The notes: generated from the letters alone by a model not told the origin. Positions 18,156-26,794 are shown, numbered from the stretch's first letter. The stretch: 64,000 nucleotides of DNA from Thermodesulfobacteriota bacterium (GCA_040755455.1 JBFMAY010000006.1:41770-105769); one strand, 5' to 3'. Translations and numbers: made by a program.

Positions 18156-19415
18156 TTAGTCTTGCGCGTGACACTTGTTGCAGAGCACCCTCTGGTAGGT
18201 GGCGAATGCGGTAGCCGGCCTGTCATAATAGGCGGCCTGCGTCTCAGCAGCAACACGGCCTCTGGCGAACTGGGGTACAGTCGGCGTGGAGTCGGTTCCA
18301 GGCCAGCTGCCGTTATAGGTAATGAACTCACCTTCGTTGTTCCAGCGCAGCATGTATTCAAAACCTGAGGCATGGGCGCGATGGCAGGAGAGACACATGA
18401 CCTGATCGCTGCCGCCCGGTCCGCCAAGCTGGCTGTCGTTGTTTTTGGCAGTTGCGGCGAGGGCGGTGTAGTCAGAGGTGTTCTGGGCAAACGGTGCCAG
18501 GGACTGGAAGGAAGTGGCGGCCGCGCCGGTCATGTCACCGGATTTCACATACTGGCCATACAGGGTGGCAACGGTTGAGCCAAGTCCCTGATCCACCGGA
18601 TGCACCATGTTGCCGCTGCTGTGCATGTTGGGATGACAGGTGGAGCACCAGTTGCTCCAGGTTGCATGACCGCCGGTGGTTGCCACACCATAAGATGTTC
18701 TGGTCTGGGTGCTGGCCTCGGTACGGTTGTAGCTGGATGGTACCTTGGCGGCCGGTACGCCATTGTAGGTCACGCCGTCCTTGGTGTAGCCTGCGCCGGC
18801 CAGCAGACGGTAGACGCCCACAGCCGAACCTGCGGCGGGAACCGCGCTGGTATCGTAGGAGCCGGAACCGACAATGGGGGCGCCTGTTTTGGAGATGGTG
18901 CCGTCGGCAAGCCTTCTGTACTTGCCATGGGGATCATGGCAGCTGTTGCAGGCCAACTGGTTGGCTGGGAAGGTGCCGCCGGGAGCAACGGAGTTCACCG
19001 TGTCGGCAGCATAGCCCTTGTCAACTGCAATGATGTTATGACCATGGGTTTGTCCTTCTTCGATGTTTGCTGTGCCTCTGACGGTGAAATTGTATGTCTT
19101 TTTCAGCCAGCCGAAGTCGCCGCCCGGGGTTCTCTGCAGGGGAGCCACACCGGCGGGCATATCGGCATCAGCGGTACTGATATGGTAGCTTGACGGCCCT
19201 GTGTCGCCGGCATGCTCATGACAGCTCAGACAGGTCGAGCTCTGGTCGGTGCCCACCAGCAGGAAGGTTCCACCGGCGGCGGGGGAATGCATGCTGTGAC
19301 AGCCGCCACACTCGGCGACGCCGCCGCTATGGAAAGCAAAGGCGGAACCGGTGAATCCGAGGGTCAGAAGACCAGCGCATGCTGCGGTGATATAAAGTTT
19401 CTTTGTATTTCTCAT
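18156..19415 (-). CDS. omcS: OmcS-family hexaheme nanowire cytochrome
   Basis: Signal peptide ending AFA, mature start FHSGGVAECGGCHSMH and 6 CxxCH motifs. Blocks HAGDTGPSSYHISTA, TPGGDFGW, CHDPHGKYRR, CLSCHRAHASGF and YQRVLCNKCHAQD match G. sulfurreducens OmcS as I recall it. RBS GGAGG. Confidence 0.95.
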   Translation of the reverse strand: MRNTKKLYITAACAGLLTLGFTGSAFAFHSGGVAECGGCHSMHSPAAGGTFLLVGTDQSSTCLSCHEHAGDTGPSSYHISTADADMPAGVAPLQRTPGGDFGWLKKTYNFTVRGTANIEEGQTHGHNIIAVDKGYAADTVNSVAPGGTFPANQLACNSCHDPHGKYRRLADGTISKTGAPIVGSGSYDTSAVPAAGSAVGVYRLLAGAGYTKDGVTYNGVPAAKVPSSYNRTEASTQTRTSYGVATTGGHATWSNWCSTCHPNMHSSGNMVHPVDQGLGSTVATLYGQYVKSGDMTGAAATSFQSLAPFAQNTSDYTALAATAKNNDSQLGGPGGSDQVMCLSCHRAHASGFEYMLRWNNEGEFITYNGSWPGTDSTPTVPQFARGRVAAETQAAYYDRPATAFATYQRVLCNKCHAQD

Positions 19416-19440
19416 TTCATCCTCCAAGATGGTTTTGTTT

Positions 19441-19518
19441 CTCCGGCGGCCCAGCCGTCCTTGCCAGGACCTGTTGACTTTGCGTCCCCACCTTGCGATG
19501 GGTTTGCCTTTTGCGGAG
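19441..19518 (-). ncRNA. Cyclic-di-GMP-I (GEMM-I) riboswitch aptamer
   Basis: Minus strand reads CUCCG-CAAAA-GGCAAACCCAUC-GCAA-GGUGGGGACGCAAAG...GUCCU-GGCA-AGGAC...GCCGC-CGGAG. It has P1 CUCCG/CGGAG, a GNRA-capped P2 and the conserved GGCAAAC and GGGACGCAAAG. Confidence 0.92.
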
Positions 19519-19678
19519 GATGCTTGCTGCCGGCAGACCGACAGATGCTGCTCTGCTTTTTGTCCTATTTTTTCCTTCAGTGACTTTTGATCTGTTTTGT
19601 CCTCCTTTTCCTTTCTGAGACCGCAGTCTCTTTGTCATGTGCTTTGCCGTCATCTTTTCTGCCGGCAATATGCGTTGC

Positions 19679-20623
19679 CTATTCGTGCAGCAGCTTGAAA
19701 ACGCTGACTCCTCTTTTTCTGCCCTGGGAGACGTAGAGCCGGTCTTCGTTGTCAATGGCCAGACTCTCAGGGGCAATGAGGTTATCCGGTTTTTCTCCCC
19801 TGTAGCCGAACTCCTTGACGAAGTTGAGGTCCTTATCAAAGACGATGATGGCGCATTTCAATTTGTCGGCCACCAGATAGTTCCCTTGGCTGTCAGCCAC
19901 CATGCCGACCACGATGTTGAATTTTCCAGGAGCCCCGCCCGGCTTGCCGAAAGAGACGATCTCGCCAGCAAAGGACAGGATGTTGGCCTTGAACAGAACG
20001 GGGACGGTGAACAGCATGTTGCCGTTTTTGTCCAGATTGAAGCCGCTGAAGCCGGCATCCGTCCGGTCCTTTTCCTCGAGACCAAAAATGCGGATCAGAT
20101 CAAAACCCTTGATAAAACGCCCGTCTGCGGCGACAATGACTATTTTCATCTCCGTTTCCGAGGCGAGATAGATATTGCCATCCCGGCAAGCGATGCGGTT
20201 GGCGTTCATGTGGGCAAATTCCTCGGGCAGGTCCTGGAGTTCTATCTCTTCCTGCGGTTCTCCCCGGTAGTTGCTCCTGATCACGGAAGATTGCTTGTCG
20301 TTGTATGCGAGCAGGAGGATATCGCCGTCCCCTTCAACCGCCACATCAAGAATATGACCTATATCAAGGCTATCGCCGAAACTATGGACCGCCATGCCGT
20401 TTTCATTAAAAACCGTTACCATATTCTGGTAGATCACATAGGCTTCATTCTGCCATTCATCCATGGAAAGGGTGGCCCAGCTGTAGGGAACCAGACCGGT
20501 GAAGCTGGAGAGGTTGTAAAGATAGCTCTCCGTCACTTGGGCCATGGTCTGTTTACCGGCGAGCAGCAGCAGGCAGATGGCCATCAGCATGCAGGTTATA
20601 TGTTTTTTACGGTTTGTTTTCAT
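19679..20623 (-). CDS. Exported NHL-repeat/beta-propeller protein, first gene of the omcS operon
   Basis: Signal peptide and NHL-like motifs (FGKPGGAPGKF, LIAPESLAID...LYVSQ). Start placed downstream of the sigma54 site (ATG 20623 or 20590). Confidence 0.82.
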   Translation of the reverse strand: MKTNRKKHITCMLMAICLLLLAGKQTMAQVTESYLYNLSSFTGLVPYSWATLSMDEWQNEAYVIYQNMVTVFNENGMAVHSFGDSLDIGHILDVAVEGDGDILLLAYNDKQSSVIRSNYRGEPQEEIELQDLPEEFAHMNANRIACRDGNIYLASETEMKIVIVAADGRFIKGFDLIRIFGLEEKDRTDAGFSGFNLDKNGNMLFTVPVLFKANILSFAGEIVSFGKPGGAPGKFNIVVGMVADSQGNYLVADKLKCAIIVFDKDLNFVKEFGYRGEKPDNLIAPESLAIDNEDRLYVSQGRKRGVSVFKLLHE

Positions 20624-20639
20624 GGCACATTGTGGTATT

Positions 20640-20654
20640 GCAATGGGTGTGCCG
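20640..20654 (-). promoter_or_regulatory. sigma54 promoter of the omcS operon
   Basis: Minus strand CGGCAC-ACCCA-TTGC(A). Confidence 0.8.
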
Positions 20655-20996
20655 CGGATGAAGTGTTCAAGTAAGTCATGTAAAAACAAAATGTTATCGT
20701 GAAGAGGAGCACGCGAGTCGGTTGTCGGGGAAGTGTAAATGGGAATTTGACGAGATGAAGGTTGGGGATTTAACTAAAAATCGATGTTGACCTCAGGTAG
20801 TGAATCAAAGATGAGGGAAAAAGAGAAGAAAGAGCAGGGTGGGATAATCCCCAACAGGCAGCGGTGAAATGGCTGAATACCTGGAAATTGAGGCGCGGCA
20901 GCTGAAGTGATAATGAGAAATGCCCATTATGATGGTCAAGGTAACTTCCTTGAATAAATGGATTTCCATATTACTCATGGACAAACGGTTTGTCCG

Positions 20997-21011
20997 TGGT
21001 ACACAACTTGC
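20997..21011 (+). promoter_or_regulatory. Putative sigma54 promoter of the REC-PilZ gene
   Basis: TGGTAC-ACAAC-TTGC, 48 nt upstream of GTG 21060. Confidence 0.65.
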
Positions 21012-21059
21012 CTTGGCAACGAACTGGAGAGGTTGAACATTTTGCCCACAGAGGTCATT

Positions 21060-21752
21060 GTGCACAAGAACATACTGGTAGTTGATGATAACGAGCTCAT
21101 TCTGCTTGGGCTGGCAAAGGCGCTGCGTCATGAATCCTATGAGGTGGCAACGGCTGATACGGGCACCATGGCTCTGGAAAAGCTCAGCTCCTGCCAGTAT
21201 GACCTGTGTCTGCTGGATATCCATCTGCCGGACTTTACCGGTCTGGAGCTGATGAAATTCATCAAGGACATGTGCCCATCCACCAAGGTCATTATCATGA
21301 CCGCCAGCTGTTTCAACCCCTCCTATCTGAGCAAAAATATACAGGAAGCAATAATCAACGGCGCCTGCCACTTTGTCGCCAAGCCTTTCAGTCTCGGCGA
21401 GATAACCGATGTGGTGAAAAAGGCCCTGGAGGAAGGCGAAGATTTCCATTCGGGCTTCTGCCTTACCGGCAGCGGTTTTGTCAAAAGCAGACGGAAAATT
21501 ATTAGAAAAGCAATTACTGCGGGCGTCACTTTTTCCATGACCCTGATTGAGGAGGGCGAGACGAAACGGATGGCTTACCAGGCAAAATCAGTTGATCTCA
21601 GCGAGGAAGGGATCGGCTTGATGACGGATTATCCCCTGAAAAGTTCCCAGATTGTCCGGTTCGGTGAAGAGCTGGGCAACAGGTCCGGTGTGGTGGTGTG
21701 GAGCGCGATGGTCAATGAGCAGACATACCGGGCCGGGGTCAAATTTGCCTGA
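21060..21752 (+). CDS. Response regulator with a C-terminal PilZ-like domain
   Basis: REC domain (LVVDD, LLDIHLP, MT, KPF), followed by RxxxR (RKIIR) and DxSxxG (DLSEEG). Confidence 0.82.
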   Translation: MHKNILVVDDNELILLGLAKALRHESYEVATADTGTMALEKLSSCQYDLCLLDIHLPDFTGLELMKFIKDMCPSTKVIIMTASCFNPSYLSKNIQEAIINGACHFVAKPFSLGEITDVVKKALEEGEDFHSGFCLTGSGFVKSRRKIIRKAITAGVTFSMTLIEEGETKRMAYQAKSVDLSEEGIGLMTDYPLKSSQIVRFGEELGNRSGVVVWSAMVNEQTYRAGVKFA

Positions 21753-21767
21753 ATCCAGCCCGGGCGC

Positions 21768-23162
21768 TCATTTAAGATCGTATTTTTTCACCTGGTAGCG
21801 CAGGGTGTCGTAGGAAATGTTAAGGAGTTTAGCAGCCTTGGTCTGGTTGCCTCCTGCCCGCTCCAGGGCCTGCCTGATCAGGTTCTTTTCCACCTCCTCC
21901 AGGGAGATGCCATCCTCGGGCAAGGTAAGCCAGTTTTCCGCCTGGGGCTCTTCAAGGGATTCTTCTGCCGCCAGCCCCATAGCCAGATGATGAGGTTTAA
22001 TGATTTCCTCGTTTTCCAGGACAACAATACGCTCGATAATATTTCGTAATTCTCTGATATTGCCGGGCCAGCTGTAGGCATTGATGACCTTCAGCGCTTC
22101 AGGGGAAAAACTTTTGATATTCTTGTTGTATTTATGGGAGAAGTGCGACAGGAAATATTCGGCCAAAAGCGGGATATCTTCTCTTCTTTCCCGCAGGGGG
22201 GGCAGATGCAGGGCAAAGGTGTTCAGGCGGAAGAACAGATCCTCTCGGAACTCCTTATGGAGCACAGCGGTTTTGAGGTCTTTGTTGGTGGTGGCAATCA
22301 CCGTCACATCAATGGGGAGATCGATCCTGCCGCCCAGCCGGCGAACCTGTCTTTCCTCCAGGACGCGCAGAAATTTGCTCTGCAGATCATGTCGCATGTC
22401 GCCGATCTCGTCCAGGAGAATGCTTCCGCCGTCTGCCAGTTCAAACATGCCTTTCTGGTCTGCCTTGGCGTCGGTAAAAGCCCCTTTGGCATAACCGAAC
22501 AGCTCGCTTTCAATGAGGTTTTCCGGCAGGGCGGTGCAGTTTACCGAAATAAAGGGGGCGTATTCGGTTTCATCGCCCTGGCGGAGATGCCGCCAGTTAT
22601 GGATATAGCGGGCCAGCACCTCCTTGCCTGTCCCTGACTCACCGGTAATGAGAACGGTCTGGGCCTTTGCCTCGGCGATTTTTCGTGATTTTTCTATAAT
22701 TACCTGCATGAGCGGCGAATTGCCCACCATGGTGTGCACCAGGGAGGCGGTGCCTGTTTTGCGCAGATAGTTGAGTTCCTGGCGGAGTTTTGTTTTTTCC
22801 AGAATTGTCGCGATGACGATCTTGACCTCATCGATATTGAACGGTTTGGTGAGATAGTCGGCGGCACCGAGTTTCATCGCCCTGATAGCCGATTCGGCGG
22901 TATCATCGGCGGTCAGCATCACCACCTCGGTATCGAGTTTTTCTTTCTTGATATCGGCGAGGATATCGAGTCCTGTCCGGTCTTCTTCAAGATGGATATC
23001 CAGCAGGATCAGGTCAGGATGCCATGAGGCGATTTTATCGATGACATCGTCGGCATTGGTCTGAATCCGGGTTTCGTACCCTTCTTTTTTTAATGTCCGT
23101 GCCAGCATGGAGATGATGAGTTCCTCATCATCGATGAGGAAAATTCTACCGCGATTTTTCAT
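21768..23162 (-). CDS. NtrC-family sigma54-dependent response regulator
   Basis: REC domain, Walker A GESGTGKE, GAFTDA loop, LLDEIG, WPGNIREL and a Fis-type HTH. Confidence 0.95.
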   Translation of the reverse strand: MKNRGRIFLIDDEELIISMLARTLKKEGYETRIQTNADDVIDKIASWHPDLILLDIHLEEDRTGLDILADIKKEKLDTEVVMLTADDTAESAIRAMKLGAADYLTKPFNIDEVKIVIATILEKTKLRQELNYLRKTGTASLVHTMVGNSPLMQVIIEKSRKIAEAKAQTVLITGESGTGKEVLARYIHNWRHLRQGDETEYAPFISVNCTALPENLIESELFGYAKGAFTDAKADQKGMFELADGGSILLDEIGDMRHDLQSKFLRVLEERQVRRLGGRIDLPIDVTVIATTNKDLKTAVLHKEFREDLFFRLNTFALHLPPLRERREDIPLLAEYFLSHFSHKYNKNIKSFSPEALKVINAYSWPGNIRELRNIIERIVVLENEEIIKPHHLAMGLAAEESLEEPQAENWLTLPEDGISLEEVEKNLIRQALERAGGNQTKAAKLLNISYDTLRYQVKKYDLK

Positions 23163-24625
23163 GGTGCAATACCCTGGGGCTGTTGTGTTCCCGGTAAGGT
23201 TATGTAAAAGGTTGTCCCTTCTCCAGGTATACTGGAGACATGAATGGTACCGTTATGCAGTTCGATGAGCCGTTTGCAGATCGCCAGCCCCAGGCCGGTT
23301 CCCTTGGGCTTGGTGGTAAAAAAGGGATTGAAGATTTTGCTCAGGTTTTCCTGGCTCATTCCCTTGCCGGTATCGGCTATGATAATCTGCACTGACGCGT
23401 TCGATTCTTTCCTGGTGGTGACGGTGATGGTGCCCTTGGCAGGTATGGCGTCAATGGCGTTGAGCATGAGATTGAGAAATACCTGCTGCATCTGGCCATG
23501 GTCCGCCACCACTTGGGGGAGTTCGGGACTGAAGTCTTTGATAATCTCGATCTCCTTGATCAGTTTTGCGGTGTTGGCCGGGTTGATCAAGGAATAGCTG
23601 GCGGATTTTATGGTGGTGTCAAGCAACTGATGCAGATCAATGGATACTGGGTCAGGCTCAGGGGGGCGGGCATAGCTGAGCAGGCTTTTGAGCAGTGACT
23701 CAATGCGGTGGATTTCATTAATGATCCGCAGAAAAACTTCCTTATCCTCCTGCTCCAGGGTGAGCTCATTGGCCAGCACCTCAATGGATACCTTGATGCC
23801 GGCCAGGGGATTTTTTACTTCATGGGCCAGACCGGCAGCAAGTTCGCCGACCACCGCCAGCCTTTCCGTCTGTTGCATGTGCTGGCACTGATCTTTGAGC
23901 GAACTTGCCATTTCATTAAAGGCTGAGGCAAGTACCTGAAACTCGTCGGGTAGTTTTTCTTTGACCCGGTAGCGTAAGTCGCCCTGTTGAATTTTGCGGG
24001 TTGCATCGACCAGTGCGTCCACGGAAGTGGTGAACTGGTTGAGAAAGAAGTAGGCGATCAGGATGAGCAAAAGTGGACCGGCAGTGATAAGGAAAAAAAG
24101 CAGGTGTTCGGTTTCGGCAATGCTGTTGCGGGCCTGGGTGATTCTTTTTGAAATTTTTTCCGACGAGGTTATGACGATTTTTTCCACCTCGGCCAGTGCC
24201 TCTTCTCCCAGGGAGAAAGCGGCATCTCTTTCCTGGTCCAGTCTTTCCTTGTTGGCCCTGATGGTGTATACCCTGCTCAACATTTTCAAGTAACTGTCGA
24301 TCTGATCCTGAAAGTGATTGAGCCCCTTGAGTACTTCCTCCTTGTGATGGCAGGTGTTGCAAATGTGGGCCGCCTTTTCCATCTCTTCCACATGGGCAAT
24401 AAATGGGTCGAGATGCAGGGCATGGGGGGAATCCCTGAGCAGCAGGTCGGTCTGCACTACTTTGATTTTATTCTGCAGATCTTTGCGGAGAAATTCCACC
24501 TGATGGAGGGTGATGACGTTTTCCAGGTTGGTAATTACCTCTTCAATTGAGCGGGCAATATAAATGCCGCCGCTGGAAAAGCAGAAAACAAGAACCAGCA
24601 GGGCAATAAAAACTTTCTTCTTCAT
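23159..24625 (-). CDS. Sensor histidine kinase with a periplasmic heme-c motif
   Basis: Two TM helices flank a domain carrying CNTCH. HAMP, LAHEVKNPL and GTGLGL follow. Overlaps the regulator gene by 4 bp. Confidence 0.92.
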   Translation of the reverse strand: MKKKVFIALLVLVFCFSSGGIYIARSIEEVITNLENVITLHQVEFLRKDLQNKIKVVQTDLLLRDSPHALHLDPFIAHVEEMEKAAHICNTCHHKEEVLKGLNHFQDQIDSYLKMLSRVYTIRANKERLDQERDAAFSLGEEALAEVEKIVITSSEKISKRITQARNSIAETEHLLFFLITAGPLLLILIAYFFLNQFTTSVDALVDATRKIQQGDLRYRVKEKLPDEFQVLASAFNEMASSLKDQCQHMQQTERLAVVGELAAGLAHEVKNPLAGIKVSIEVLANELTLEQEDKEVFLRIINEIHRIESLLKSLLSYARPPEPDPVSIDLHQLLDTTIKSASYSLINPANTAKLIKEIEIIKDFSPELPQVVADHGQMQQVFLNLMLNAIDAIPAKGTITVTTRKESNASVQIIIADTGKGMSQENLSKIFNPFFTTKPKGTGLGLAICKRLIELHNGTIHVSSIPGEGTTFYITLPGTQQPQGIAP

Positions 24626-24749
24626 GAAGGCATGATAATGAAAGAGGTGAATGAGGCGCTGGCATAAATTGGCACAGCGGTGTGGCCTGGTTGCATGATT
24701 TTTTTTAGATTCTTGTCTATTTGATCTGAGAAATCATCCTGGTCGGTGC

Positions 24750-25688
24750 TTATTCGTTAATATAATCATAAGTTGCCAGATCAAGGCCGATTTTATTGGC
24801 ATAGTCAAAAACAGGATCATAATCTTTTTCCGTTGTGGCGATAAATCTTCTGGCGCCGAAATCATGCAAAACCTTTTGACCTTCCGCATCCTGATCCATC
24901 ATTAGCAGGGCATTTTTGAGCCTTTGTTTCAGAGATTCGTCAAGGTCCTTTCTGACTGCCAGGGCATTGGCCGGCACCTCAGGCGACGTGGCAAGAATTT
25001 GCAGTTGTTCCTGCAGCTTGCTGTCGGATTCGGCCACCCGGTAAAAAATCGTATTTTTTGCGGCGCCGATATCAGCCTTTCCGTGCAGAACATCATAAAT
25101 GGCATCCTCATGGGTTCCGGTGAAATAGGTTTCGCTGAAGAAGGTTCGGTAATCATCAATGCCGTTTTCTTTGAAATAATGCATGGGCAGAAGCCAGCCT
25201 GCTGTGGTGGCCTTGTCCACAAAGGCAAACCTTTTTCCCCGCATGGCTGCCGCATTCCGGATGCCGCTGTCTTTGCGGACAAAAATCATGCCGTAATAGG
25301 TGGAGGTGCCGTCGGAGTGCTCGGGCCGTGCCAGGGGTTGTACCGCCAGTTTCTTGATGGCCAGGGCGCCGGTAAAGCTGCCGAAAAACGCCGCATCCAA
25401 GCCGTTGGAGACAAAATTATCAATGAGGTTGCCGTAGCGGGAGAGGATTGACAGCTCAATTGTCGTGTCTGTTTTGTGGGAAAGATAGGTGGCAAGAGGA
25501 TCATATCTCTTTTTTTGCGAGAAGATGTCCTGCTCAGTGATCAGCCCTATCTTTAATTTCTGGGTCGGTGTTTTGCCGGGAACCTCATTAGCCTTTTTTT
25601 CCTGCTGTTCTCCGCAGCCGGCGCCAAGAAGGAAAAAAAGACACACGGCAAAAACTATGATAAAATTTTGATATGATTTCCCAGGCAC
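24750..25688 (-). CDS. PhnD/PtxB-family phosphate/phosphite/phosphonate-binding lipoprotein (orphan)
   Basis: Lipobox GAGC and motifs STYYGMIFVRKDSGI, FAFVDKATTAGWLLP, FTGTHEDAI. No permease or ATPase nearby. Confidence 0.85.
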   Translation of the reverse strand: MPGKSYQNFIIVFAVCLFFLLGAGCGEQQEKKANEVPGKTPTQKLKIGLITEQDIFSQKKRYDPLATYLSHKTDTTIELSILSRYGNLIDNFVSNGLDAAFFGSFTGALAIKKLAVQPLARPEHSDGTSTYYGMIFVRKDSGIRNAAAMRGKRFAFVDKATTAGWLLPMHYFKENGIDDYRTFFSETYFTGTHEDAIYDVLHGKADIGAAKNTIFYRVAESDSKLQEQLQILATSPEVPANALAVRKDLDESLKQRLKNALLMMDQDAEGQKVLHDFGARRFIATTEKDYDPVFDYANKIGLDLATYDYINE

Positions 25689-25861
25689 GATCTTCCTCTC
25701 TTGCTGATGGTTTCTGGTACGATGCTGACATTTCGAGAAGACCTATCTTTTATTGGGGTGTTTCTATTTTTACAATAGCGAAGAGTTTCACTTCTCACAA
25801 TAACATAAAAGATCAATTGACCAAGATTTTGCCGTGCACATAAAGCAGGAGGAGGGGACCG

Positions 25862-26632
25862 ATGAAAAGAACTCTCACATCGATATGTTTATTGCTTATC
25901 CTGTTTTTTCACCCAACCGCACTGCCGGCAAAATGGAAATTTCCTCCCCTGCCTGCCCCCCATGAATACGGCAACATCCTGATCAATCGTACTTCTGCCG
26001 CCAACCAGGTCAAGCCGGTGTTTTTCTCGCACTGGAGTCATCGCATGAAATATGCTTGCCGGGTCTGCCATCTTGAACTTGAATTTGAATTTGCGGTGAA
26101 CTCCACTCCGATCACGGAAGAAGACAACCTCAGTGGTTTGTACTGCGGCGCCTGCCATAATGGCACGGAGGCCTTTGCCCATACGAAGGACAATTGTGAC
26201 AAGTGCCACTCCGGCAATATTGCCGCAGGCAGGGAAAAGTTTGCAGAGTTGACGAAAGATATGCCGCGCACCCCTTTCGGCAATCAGGTTGACTGGGTGC
26301 TGGCGGCATCCCTCGGGCAGATAAAGCCGCGGTACGTTTTTTATAAGGAGAGCGAAAAATCAGATATGAATTTCCGCAACCGGCTGGAACTGCAGGCGGA
26401 ATGGAATTTTGTTCCCCCGGCTTTCTTCCCCCATGATGTGCATATCCAGCTGCTGGACTGCGGCAATTGCCACCCTGATATTTTTAATATCAAGAAAAAG
26501 ACAACCCCGCATTTTGCAATGGATTACATCCTTGAGAAAAAATTCTGCGGCGTCTGCCATTTGCAAATCGCGTTCCCCTTAAATGACTGCCAACGATGCC
26601 ATCCGGGCATGGAAAATCAACCCCCTTTTTAA
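25862..26632 (+). CDS. Hexaheme cytochrome with two c7-type triheme domains
   Basis: Signal peptide and 6 CxxCH motifs in two F(S/P)HxxH...CxxCH...CGxCH...CxxCH units. RBS AGGAGG. Confidence 0.9.
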   Translation: MKRTLTSICLLLILFFHPTALPAKWKFPPLPAPHEYGNILINRTSAANQVKPVFFSHWSHRMKYACRVCHLELEFEFAVNSTPITEEDNLSGLYCGACHNGTEAFAHTKDNCDKCHSGNIAAGREKFAELTKDMPRTPFGNQVDWVLAASLGQIKPRYVFYKESEKSDMNFRNRLELQAEWNFVPPAFFPHDVHIQLLDCGNCHPDIFNIKKKTTPHFAMDYILEKKFCGVCHLQIAFPLNDCQRCHPGMENQPPF

Positions 26633-26688
26633 ATGCGAGCAAGAAAAACTTTTTACGCAGGATTGTCGGCAGAAGAAAGAAGAAAATA

Positions 26689-26722
26689 AAAAAAGGTAGA
26701 GCCAAGGCTGGCCCTACCTTTT
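26689..26722. terminator. Bidirectional terminator between convergent genes
   Basis: AAAAGGTAG.GCCA-agg-cTGGC.CTACCTTTT. Confidence 0.7.
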
Positions 26723-26794
26723 GAAAGAAAATCAGTACCATCTTGGAGGAATGGGCTTGTTCCCTTTCATTCTCACTATAAAAGGAAATCCCAC

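Noticed and set aside
19520..19678. A second, tandem GEMM aptamer
   Set aside because: Only GGCAAAG is present. The GNRA-capped P2 and GGGACGCAAAG core are missing.
19417..19839. 140-aa minus-strand ORF across the omcS leader
   Set aside because: It overlaps the NHL gene out of frame and covers the riboswitch, with no coding signature.
22465..22482. GAFTDA instead of GAFTGA as a sign of an inactive activator
   Set aside because: GAFTDA is a common variant that keeps the critical Phe-Thr residues.
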